Both the position numbers and the translations under genes were made by a program. 64,000 nt of DNA from Chloropicon primus (lineage: Eukaryota), in assembly GCA_023205875.1 (NCBI GenBank), contig CP060757.1, positions 1,054,001 to 1,118,000 on the forward strand, in the 5' to 3' direction. Below the pieces are notes generated by a model that was not told the origin of the DNA, did no database searches, and was given only the letters and a program-made list of their open reading frames with translations. This document shows positions 10,088 through 18,467 of the stretch, piece after piece. Every line of letters begins with the position of its first letter. The stretch's first letter is position 1.

Positions 10088-12808
10088 TCAATACACCAGG
10101 CTGGCGATGACAATCGATGCGACGACTCCGGCGAGGGAGAACACGCGCAGCAAGGAGATCGAAAGGTCGCTCAAAGTGATTCCCACGCTCCTAGGCCTCT
10201 GCTCCGGCATGACCTCGAAGGACTTGGCGGTCAGCTCGAGGGCTCTCACGGTGTTCTGAAGGTACTCGACAGGGTAACGCACGCTCTGCTGGTCACTCGG
10301 GATGTTGTAGCTCGAGACTTGCATCTTGGAGGCCTCGCCAAGGAGCACCTTGGTCAGCCTCGCAAGGCACCTCTGCAGCGAGATCGCGGCGGAGAAGGAC
10401 CCCGTGGAGTTGAACCCGAGCAAAAAGTAGGACGTCCCCGTCAGGATGCAGATGGAAAAGTACAGGGTTATCCTCCACTCGAAGAACGCTGAAAAGATGG
10501 AGAGGATGAGGAAGACAAAGTGCAGGACGAGGGTCTCCGACACGGCCCAACCGATGCTTCTGCTGTCTCTCCCCGTCTGGACGGCGTCCCCAATGAGGTA
10601 GTGGCTCAGCAAGTAGTTCTTCATGGCGGTGAACGCCGCGAGGTTCTGCGGAGACGCGGCGGCCGAGAGGTATGGAATCTTGGCTTCCACGGCCTCCTTC
10701 GCCACCAGCAGAGACCCCAGCGTCTTGAAGGCCTTGGTCTTCTTCCTGTGAATCGCTGCGATGTCGAAGAGATCGGAGACCAGGACCAAGCCCGCAAAGG
10801 CAAGGACGATCGCAAGAAGGATGGTCACGATGGGGTGATCGAGCCCCCCCCTTCCAAAGCAGGTTCCAGGCTGAATCAAAAGCATTGCCAAGGGCGACAG
10901 AGCGAAAGCCAGGCAGAGCGTGAGCGCAACGATCCTGGATCCGCAGGTCCTCTTGATGGCTCCGGCGTCTTTCGTGAAGAACGAGTCCGTCCTGCCAAGG
11001 CTCTCTTCCACCCGCATCCAGACGTCGAGCGCGTTCTGGAGGTCCGGATCGTAGGGCAGCACCACGGGGTAGCTCAGAAGCAAGTTCCTGTCTCTGTGAA
11101 TGGCGACCAGCGCATCCGGACCGACGGGCTTGACGCACGCCAGGGCCCTGATGAACATGACGAGGGCAACGACAACGTAGCTTGCGCACAGGAGGTACAG
11201 AGTGTGGTAATCATTGGTGAGCTCCTTGTCCAGTCCTCCCAAAGCGAGCACGAGGAGCAGCAGCGGAAGGACGCTGGCGCCGCAGAAGACCGCAAAGACG
11301 AGAGACCGGGTCTTTTGCATTCCAATCACGCCGTGCTGGCCATCATTCTCCACGACGATGATCTGGGCGAGGTCCTTCCTGACTTCCTTGTGCTCCGTGG
11401 TGTCCTGAAAATCTTGAGTCACCCCGTAGACCTTCCTCTTGCACTTTGGCAAAACAAACATGACCGCAACCAGGGCAACGTGGATGATGGCCAGGATTCC
11501 CGGGATGAGGAAGGTCAACGCGTCGATCTTCCCGCTCCCGATGGACCCCATGGGCAGCTTCGAGAAGTCAATCCACCTGCCCTCCGCGCTGCATTTGCCA
11601 TCCGCAAAGTAGTCACTCTCCTTGGGCACCGAGTCGATGAAGACGTGGTAAGTCAGCACGCACGTCACGACGGCGTTCAGGAGCATCAAGCCCGGAACAA
11701 CCGCGACCCCGTACTGTGGCTCGCACGAAGGCGAGGCCGACATGACCGACGTGGCCTTCGTCAGGGCGTGATGCAGGTCCACAGAATTGTAGGGCTGGGG
11801 GATCCCCACGTTCACGATGTACCAAACGAACTCGTCCACGGTGATCTTCCCCTTGAAGTACTTGATGCCCCTCTGCAGGCACACGATGAGGGTGTCTCTG
11901 ATGTCGTCCACGCCAGAGGATCCACCCTCCCCGGCGGTCAGGGCCTCCTCGACGTCCGTCTTGGCCGCGGTTCCCCCGCCTCTCCAGCCCCACACGGCGC
12001 TCTTCATGTTCCTCACGTGGTCGTACGTGACGAAGCCGAACTCCTCCTTGTCGAGCGACCGGAACAGCTGCATCGAGAGCACTCGGATGTTCGCAATCCT
12101 GTAGTCGGACAGAAGGGCTGCGTTCACCGCGAGGGTCCTGTTCTTCTGAAGCTGCTGGGTGAACTGCCACTGTCTCTGCAGGGTCTTCCAGCCGCCCGCG
12201 CTCGGGGCGGGCCGGGCGTCGGCCTCCGCGCTCGACCCGCTCGCCACCTCGGCCTCCTCCTCCCCCGTGAGAACCCTCTTGGCGGCACTGGAGGCCTTCT
12301 TCGCAGAGCTCACCAGCGCGGCGAACCCGGTCGGACCGCCCCCAGAGCTCGACAAGGGGTTCACGTGCGTCGACACGGGGTTCACGAACGTCTCGGAGTC
12401 CCGCTCCTCACCCACCTCGAACTTCTTGGGCCCGAGGTCGAAGAAGTTCCGGGCGCCCTGAGAGAGCTTGGGCGCGTTCGGCGGACCCAAATTGGGCTGC
12501 CAGTCGTCCCTCAAGATGTCCTCGTACTCGTTGTAAGTTGGCTGCGGCGCCTTCGGGGGAGACTCCGGGGGCCTGTCCCTCTCGAACTGGAGCTCCTCGG
12601 CCTTCCCGGCGCTCTCGCTCTCGCTCTGGCCAGAGGCATCATACTTTCCGAAGTGCTTCGGTATGGGGTACCTCGCACTCGTCAGGGCCTCATCCTCTCC
12701 GAAGACGGTCACCCTCGCGGCGAACTTTCTCTGCGCTTGGCTCGACTCCTGAAACAGGTCGTCGAAGGTCCTCGACCCGGACGTACCCTCTCTGCTGCTG
12801 TCCGCCAT
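10088..12808 (-). CDS. Multi-pass membrane protein with EF-hand-like motifs and a PHTF/7TMIC-like C-terminal core
   Basis: ATG at 12808 (MADSSREG). EF-hand-like motifs FRSLDKEEFGFVTYDHV and KGKITVDEF; about 9 TMs; C-terminal motifs resemble PHTF (see findings). Confidence 0.7.
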   Translation of the reverse strand: MADSSREGTSGSRTFDDLFQESSQAQRKFAARVTVFGEDEALTSARYPIPKHFGKYDASGQSESESAGKAEELQFERDRPPESPPKAPQPTYNEYEDILRDDWQPNLGPPNAPKLSQGARNFFDLGPKKFEVGEERDSETFVNPVSTHVNPLSSSGGGPTGFAALVSSAKKASSAAKRVLTGEEEAEVASGSSAEADARPAPSAGGWKTLQRQWQFTQQLQKNRTLAVNAALLSDYRIANIRVLSMQLFRSLDKEEFGFVTYDHVRNMKSAVWGWRGGGTAAKTDVEEALTAGEGGSSGVDDIRDTLIVCLQRGIKYFKGKITVDEFVWYIVNVGIPQPYNSVDLHHALTKATSVMSASPSCEPQYGVAVVPGLMLLNAVVTCVLTYHVFIDSVPKESDYFADGKCSAEGRWIDFSKLPMGSIGSGKIDALTFLIPGILAIIHVALVAVMFVLPKCKRKVYGVTQDFQDTTEHKEVRKDLAQIIVVENDGQHGVIGMQKTRSLVFAVFCGASVLPLLLLVLALGGLDKELTNDYHTLYLLCASYVVVALVMFIRALACVKPVGPDALVAIHRDRNLLLSYPVVLPYDPDLQNALDVWMRVEESLGRTDSFFTKDAGAIKRTCGSRIVALTLCLAFALSPLAMLLIQPGTCFGRGGLDHPIVTILLAIVLAFAGLVLVSDLFDIAAIHRKKTKAFKTLGSLLVAKEAVEAKIPYLSAAASPQNLAAFTAMKNYLLSHYLIGDAVQTGRDSRSIGWAVSETLVLHFVFLILSIFSAFFEWRITLYFSICILTGTSYFLLGFNSTGSFSAAISLQRCLARLTKVLLGEASKMQVSSYNIPSDQQSVRYPVEYLQNTVRALELTAKSFEVMPEQRPRSVGITLSDLSISLLRVFSLAGVVASIVIASLVY

Positions 12809-12953
12809 CGCCAGCCAAAGGGGAGGACACTTTCCTCTCTCTCTCTCTCTCTCGGTCGCCCTGTCTCGTTCCCCCGTATTGTGCCAAGATCGCAACGGTC
12901 GGCGTGTCCTGGAAAAATTTTCTGGAAAACACAAAAAAGTGATAACGCCGAGG

Positions 12954-12957
<4 letters not shown>

Positions 12958-12985
<28 letters not shown>

Positions 12986-13031
12986 CAGAGGGGGAGAGCA
13001 GAGGGGGAGAGCAGAGGGGGAGAGCAGAGGA
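12958..13031. repeat. (GA)n microsatellite followed by a 14-bp GAGAGCAGAGGGGG tandem repeat in a divergent promoter
   Basis: Directly visible in the sequence between ATGs 12808(-) and 13068(+). Confidence 0.8.
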
Positions 13032-13067
13032 TTCCTCCTCTTCGCCGTCGCCTTCACCTTCGCCCCG

Positions 13068-13910
13068 ATGGCTGGGGCGGTGACGAGGGGGGTGGGAGGG
13101 CGAGGGTGGGCTGGGCGTCGCGGGTGGGCTGGGCGTCGAGGGGAAGGGTCCTGTGCTCCTCGTCGTCGTGTGGGGCGTAACGAGGGTCTGGGGCACGGGC
13201 GCTCGAGGAGGGGCGTGGAGGTGAGGGCAGCTTCGGTTCCGGTGGCCTACACCCCCACGCAGTGGCTCGCGGTCGCGCTGGGCTACTCTTGCATCATCGG
13301 CTCCGTCTTTCGCTGCCTTCCTCAGATCCACAGGATCGTCACGAGGAAGTCGGTGGAGGGCATCTCCTTCATCGCGATACTGTCGGAACTCCTTATCTAC
13401 ACGGTGAACCTCGCGTACAACGTGCACTACAACTACCCTTTCAACACCTACGGCGACTTGGCAGTCTCCTGGTTCGTCCTCATCTTCGTGCTGGTCCTGA
13501 TGCAGGTTTACAAGAGATTCGACAGCGGGAGGGTCGCCCTCGTGACCGCTCTCTCGAGCGTCTGGTGCCTGGTCCTGTTCAGCAACTCCCTTCCAGTCGT
13601 TGTCCTGTCCTCCCTCCAGGCCGCGAGCGGGATCGGCCTGGCGTTCGGAAGTAGGATCCCTCAGATCTGGCTCAACTTCAAAAAGGGCAGCACCGGGGAG
13701 CTCTCCATCATCATGTTCATCGCAAACGCTTTGGGTTGCCTCATTAGGGTCTTCACCACGATCTCCCTGACGCAGGACAATCTCCTGCTGTTCAACGCCG
13801 CCTTCCACCTGGTGCTGAACGCCATCATTATCGTTCAGTGCGTCGGGTCGAGGCTGGACTCGGCGAGGGAGCAGGAGAAGCTCGAGGGCATGGGGCGATC
13901 TGTGAATTAG
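13068..13910 (+). CDS. PQ-loop protein, MPDU1/Lec35-like, with transit-peptide-like N-terminus
   Basis: LPQIHRIVTRKSVEGIS, YPFNTYGD, SRIPQIWLNFKKGSTGELS, RVFTT. Confidence 0.9.
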   Translation: MAGAVTRGVGGRGWAGRRGWAGRRGEGSCAPRRRVGRNEGLGHGRSRRGVEVRAASVPVAYTPTQWLAVALGYSCIIGSVFRCLPQIHRIVTRKSVEGISFIAILSELLIYTVNLAYNVHYNYPFNTYGDLAVSWFVLIFVLVLMQVYKRFDSGRVALVTALSSVWCLVLFSNSLPVVVLSSLQAASGIGLAFGSRIPQIWLNFKKGSTGELSIIMFIANALGCLIRVFTTISLTQDNLLLFNAAFHLVLNAIIIVQCVGSRLDSAREQEKLEGMGRSVN

Positions 13911-13994
13911 TTAGCGAGCTGTTCTCGCCGCCGTGTAACAACACAACAAATATCAAGAAATACGATGAATTATGAATCCTCCCGCCATCATCGT

Positions 13995-15401
13995 CTAGCC
14001 CACCATCCCAAAGTAGTCGCTGGGGTTCTGGCTCAGGCCGGTCCCAGAGGCATCCGCCTCGTCCTCCGAGGAGGGGTCCCCTTCCGTTCGAAGCTTGTCC
14101 AGCTCCGCCTGGATGGACTCCCTGTCCGGTATCTTCCTCGGACCCAGGGCCTTGAAGGCCTCCTCTAGGCTCGCGTACTGGGGCAGCGGCCTGAGGCCCA
14201 GGCTCTCCGGAGTCCTCGACGCAGTTTCGTCGTCCAAGAACAGCTCGGTCTTGTTCAGCAACTTCTTGAGCTCGGCGTACACCTCGAACGGCGAGTCTGC
14301 GACGGCAAAACCGCTCGACTTTTCCAGGCTTCGGAAGGACGCCCTCACGTTGCACTGCCTTAGCTCCTCGATCTCCGATTCCGTGAAGGTGTGCAGGAAC
14401 ACGGTCTCGCACTCCACGGAGGCGAGGGAGAGGCCCAGGGACGCTTTTGTGGCTCCGAAGACGAAGTTTGGGTCCATTCTCGGCCTCAGCTCCCCGCCAC
14501 CGCTCTTGGTGAACATCGAATCGATCGCCTTCTTTGCGGACGAGGCCGTCCTCCTCTGCTCGCGCATCAGGGGAGATGTCAGCAGGGCCAAGGCGGCCTG
14601 CGGCGTCGGCACGGCCTTCGCTCCCTGAATCTTGCAGTAACGCAGCCTCGAGTCGTCACCGAGCGGGTTGTAATCGATGCGAACGAGGAGACCCACCAGC
14701 TTTGGGTAGGCCGAAGCGAATTCTGTGGCTACGGCCGCGCCGACGCCAACGCCCGCGACGGCGATGGGCGCCTTGTACAGGTCCAGGTCCAGAACAAAGT
14801 CCTTCAAATCAGCCACCATGGACTGCGGATCGTACTGCTGCGAGGAGGACCACGAGGTCTGGCCGTGGCCACGCAAATCGAGAGCGTGAACTCTGAACCC
14901 GTGCTGTGCCAGCTTCGAGGCGATGGGGTTCCAGGCTTCGGCGGCCTCCCCGATCCCGTGCAGAAGGACGACCGCCGGCTCGCCGGACGACGTCGAGGCG
15001 CCCCACTCGAGCCGCCTGAGCTGCATCCCCGTGGTCGCACCCACGAACCTCGATGGGGGCATCGGGGGCATCGGCTTGCCCTCCTCGTGACGACGACGGA
15101 GAAGAAGCGCGTCGTCGTGGGGTGTTGGACTCCTTCCCGCCATCCTCAGTATCCTCTCGCAAAGCTCCTCGCTCCTCTGCCGGGCTTCCGACGCCGTCAC
15201 GTCGCCCTCGTCGCCCAAGGCGTGCAGGCACGACTTCCTCTCCGTCGCCCTCGACTTGAGGTCCTCCGCGTACCTCCTCGCTTTGCTCCTGTACGGCTTC
15301 GACCTCCGCCTCTGCCCAGACGACGGCGCGGCCTTCGCGAACACGCCCCTCGCGAGGGCATCGAACCCGAACTCCACGTCCGCCCCGTCCTCCCGAACCA
15401 T
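13995..15401 (-). CDS. Alpha/beta-hydrolase-fold protein, probably catalytically inactive
   Basis: VVLLHGIG and ALDLRGHGQT are present, but the nucleophile elbow reads AGVGVGA with no Ser. Confidence 0.8.
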   Translation of the reverse strand: MVREDGADVEFGFDALARGVFAKAAPSSGQRRRSKPYRSKARRYAEDLKSRATERKSCLHALGDEGDVTASEARQRSEELCERILRMAGRSPTPHDDALLLRRRHEEGKPMPPMPPSRFVGATTGMQLRRLEWGASTSSGEPAVVLLHGIGEAAEAWNPIASKLAQHGFRVHALDLRGHGQTSWSSSQQYDPQSMVADLKDFVLDLDLYKAPIAVAGVGVGAAVATEFASAYPKLVGLLVRIDYNPLGDDSRLRYCKIQGAKAVPTPQAALALLTSPLMREQRRTASSAKKAIDSMFTKSGGGELRPRMDPNFVFGATKASLGLSLASVECETVFLHTFTESEIEELRQCNVRASFRSLEKSSGFAVADSPFEVYAELKKLLNKTELFLDDETASRTPESLGLRPLPQYASLEEAFKALGPRKIPDRESIQAELDKLRTEGDPSSEDEADASGTGLSQNPSDYFGMVG

Positions 15402-15704
15402 GCCGCACCTCGCCGGTCGCCTCGCTCCTCGCTCCTCGCTCTAGAAGAAGAAGAAGCAAGCTGTTGCGAGCGTTACTTCCAGAGAGATTGAGATCGAGAT
15501 GGGACTTGAAGCAAGCAAAAGCAAGCTTGAGAAGAGGATTTGGTTCCATAAAAACGTATCTTGATAACAATGTGCAGAGAAGGACAGAGGAGGAACAAGG
15601 GCTGCCTTGCTTCCATCACGCACTCATTTGCGTTCTTGGGTTTATTTCGCAAAGATAAAAATAAATAAGCGTTTTCCTTGATCGACGAAACGATTAATCG
15701 ATCT

Positions 15705-16391
15705 CTAGTGGGTTGGCTCGGTGGTGTCGTAGCACTTTGTGACCGCGTAGTCGACGGTTCCGATGCACTTGGAGCACCCGTAGTCGAATTCGGTTGGGGT
15801 TCCGTCGATATCAATGATGCCGCACTCGCAGGCGCTGATTCCCGCCCCGTCGTTGACGTTCGGGTTCCCAACGCCTCGGGTGGCCGCCCCCTTCTTGTTG
15901 TCCCAGAGCTTGTTCATGGCACCGAGCTCCCCCTTGGCCTCGTCGTTGTTGCAGAAGTAAAAGAAGGCGTCTCTGTATCTGCGCCTGCCGCCGAGGATGG
16001 ACTCGAAGGACCTCTGGTGGAAAGTAGCAGGATCGAGGGCAGCCCCCTTGACCGAGCCGTTGTCGATGTCGCACTTGCTGCCGCAGCCGATCGCTGGAGG
16101 ACTCGACATCTCTCCGAGCGAGTCGATCGCGTCCTGGAGGTCGTCCAGCAGGTTTGGGTTGGCACCCAGGTTGCCCAAGTACCCCTTACTGCAGGGGTAC
16201 GTGACCAGCGTCGAGAGAGGGACCTGCCACTCGGTGTCGAGCGTTCGGACCTGGCTGTCGATGTTGCACTCGGCGGGGTCGTAAAAGTCCCTTGGCAGGC
16301 GCAGGAGCCGGCTAGAGTACCTGGCCTCAGCGACCGACATGCCTCCGCAGACGGCGAGGAGAACAGACACGGCGATAGTGGTGAACTTCAT
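15705..16391 (-). CDS. Secreted cysteine-rich protein of unknown function (228 aa)
   Basis: Signal peptide MKFTTIAVSVLLAVCGGMSVAEA; 10 Cys in the mature part; strong C/G third-position bias. Confidence 0.75.
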   Translation of the reverse strand: MKFTTIAVSVLLAVCGGMSVAEARYSSRLLRLPRDFYDPAECNIDSQVRTLDTEWQVPLSTLVTYPCSKGYLGNLGANPNLLDDLQDAIDSLGEMSSPPAIGCGSKCDIDNGSVKGAALDPATFHQRSFESILGGRRRYRDAFFYFCNNDEAKGELGAMNKLWDNKKGAATRGVGNPNVNDGAGISACECGIIDIDGTPTEFDYGCSKCIGTVDYAVTKCYDTTEPTH

Positions 16392-16402
16392 GGTGTTTGG
16401 CG

Positions 16403-16440
16403 TGTGTTGGGTTTGCTTGTGTTGGGTTTGCTTGTGTTGG
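16403..16440. repeat. 15-bp tandem repeat TGTGTTGGGTTTGCT (about 2.5 copies) in the presumed 5' UTR
   Basis: Directly visible in the sequence. Confidence 0.75.
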
Positions 16441-16924
16441 CTGCTCTTGTTCGAGAGTGTGTAGCTCAATTGTGGGACCGTCCTCGTCGTAGTAGTAGAC
16501 TAATAGGTCACCACCAGCAGCGACGCAATCGAGGTCCGATTCATGGGGTGGCCGATATCTTCCACGGCCGACCGAAAATCTATTCTGCCGCTGCCGTTAA
16601 GGCCTAGGAAAACTCTTGAAAAACAAGAGTGGAGATGGAAACGAGGTGGCGATGGCGGCAAGGACGGGAGCAAGGAGCACCAGGCAGGACTTCATTGTGT
16701 TCTTGCGGTGTCGGACCGACGTCTGAACACTCTGGACTCAAAGTCTGTGAGCACAAACATGGTCACACGGTCCATTCTTCCCGACAACAAACGTTGAAAA
16801 TTCAAGCCCAAAAATTCAAGCGCGGGGTGCGGGAGGTTCTCTCCTCCTGTGTGCGTGCGTGCGTGCGAAGAGAGAGGAGAGAGAGGACAACAACAACAAC
16901 CGTCGGTCGGTCGGTGGGTCGAGA

Positions 16925-17098
16925 ATGAAGGTGAACACGGGGACCGCGGTCCGGGCGGCGTTCGCGGGCTGCCTCGCCTTCGCCACGAAGTTCGGCGCCA
17001 TCGCCAAGGCGGGGGGAGGGGCTGCCAAGGGACTGGGCGCCCTCGTGGCCGCCGGGGGAGCGACGTTCGCGGGGTTGTACACGTCGACGAAGAAGTAG
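16925..17098 (+). CDS. 57-aa Gly/Ala-rich cationic hydrophobic microprotein
   Basis: MKVNTGTAVRAAFAGCLAFATKFGAIAKAGGGAAKGLGALVAAGGATFAGLYTSTKK. Nearly all codons end in G/C; TGTAA at 17154-17158 downstream. Confidence 0.65.
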   Translation: MKVNTGTAVRAAFAGCLAFATKFGAIAKAGGGAAKGLGALVAAGGATFAGLYTSTKK

Positions 17099-17260
17099 GG
17101 CGAGGGGGAGGCCGGAGACCGACTCAGCCCGCCTCTCGTCGTTCGATAAGCATTGTAAACTTGATCTCATCATTAGAGTGTGTGTGCTCTCCCTTTCTAT
17201 TTTTTCAAAAAAACGTGACGAGCTGTCGCCCTCGCTCGGGTGGTGGGACGGGGGCGAGCG

Positions 17261-18349
17261 ATGTCCACCTTGGCGGGGAGCGGGGGAGGGGGGAGCAGTG
17301 GCGGGGGTGCCGCGTCGCCGCCGTCGTCGTCCTCCTCCTCCTCCTCCACCCTGCTTCGTCCGGAGCTCACGTTCAACTACATGTCAGAGGAAGCGGCGGG
17401 AACGTCCAAGTCTGTGGGGATCGTGATGCGGAGAGGCGTTCACAGGAAGAGGACTTTTCTCATGCCTGCGGGAGAACCGTCGAGGGTCGGCGTCCTCCTC
17501 GTGTGGAAGGTGGTCCTGGGATCCTTCAAGTCCTGCTGCGTCCAGGAGCTCCTTGTCGATGACCACAACATGCGGGACTTCGTGGTCCCTGGCTCCATAG
17601 TGAGTCTTCGGCTGACGAGCGGGAGAGGGGCGGTGAAGGCCAGGGACTTCGAGCTAATCCAGGTGCTGAGGCGACGAAGGGACGGGGACCAGACCACGCT
17701 GTCGCCCTACTGCATCGTCAAGGCCTGGTCCAAGCCTTACTTTCACACCCGAGCGACGTACATCGAGGAGCTCGGGCACCTGCCGCGCGCCGGTTTGGCG
17801 GTCCTCAAGGCCAGGGTGGTGAGGGTGGAGGGAATCAGGGTGGCCGTGGGGCAGACGCCTGCCAAGAGGAAGCTCGGGGACGGGCAGGACAAGGGGTGGA
17901 AGGGGGGCGTACGCGAGGTCTCTCTCTCGCTCCGAATCGACGACTGCACGGGGCGTGCGGCGTGCGACTTCTCGACCGAGGCGGGCTTCGGCTTGCTGCT
18001 GGCGGCAGACGCGGGGGCGCTTGGCGAGCTCGTCGGGATGTGCCAAGATGCCCTGAGGTACCACAAAAAAGACGCTTGCACCCTGGAGTTCAGGCAATAC
18101 GATCGAGGATCCAAGCTCAGCGTTGCGAACTTCGGCTTGGCCTACCCCGTGCACAAGAGGCTGTCCAAGTCGGTCATGGCCATCTGCACCTCGTTGACTC
18201 GGGCGGACTCCTTCAACTTTCTTTGCATGAAGGGGAAGAGGAGGGAAGCCTCAGAGAGGGGGGGGGACGGCTCGTGCCTCGACCTGCAAGTCCTTCACTG
18301 GGAAAAGACGAGGAGCCTGTACGAGAGTCTGAAGCACCAGATCATCTGA
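17261..18349 (+). CDS. OB-fold protein resembling the C-terminal part of the CST subunit CTC1
   Basis: VVPGSIV, TYIEEL, ARVVRV, LRIDDCTGRA, ICTS, LDLQVL occur in the same order as recalled CTC1 C-terminal OB motifs. Confidence 0.55.
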   Translation: MSTLAGSGGGGSSGGGAASPPSSSSSSSSTLLRPELTFNYMSEEAAGTSKSVGIVMRRGVHRKRTFLMPAGEPSRVGVLLVWKVVLGSFKSCCVQELLVDDHNMRDFVVPGSIVSLRLTSGRGAVKARDFELIQVLRRRRDGDQTTLSPYCIVKAWSKPYFHTRATYIEELGHLPRAGLAVLKARVVRVEGIRVAVGQTPAKRKLGDGQDKGWKGGVREVSLSLRIDDCTGRAACDFSTEAGFGLLLAADAGALGELVGMCQDALRYHKKDACTLEFRQYDRGSKLSVANFGLAYPVHKRLSKSVMAICTSLTRADSFNFLCMKGKRREASERGGDGSCLDLQVLHWEKTRSLYESLKHQII

Positions 18350-18467
18350 GGAGGAGGCCGTCGGGGTCGTGCGCGCCACTGTACACGTAAAACCTGCAAG
18401 TAAGAGAGTCGGCAGTTGCTCAGCTCAGATTGTATATATACGAAGCTTAGATTAGGATTCGCCGCGC

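Noticed and set aside
13087..13145. G-run-rich 18-bp repeat with G-quadruplex potential in the MPDU1 leader
   Set aside because: G-runs are ubiquitous at gene 5' ends in this window; nothing specific supports a function.
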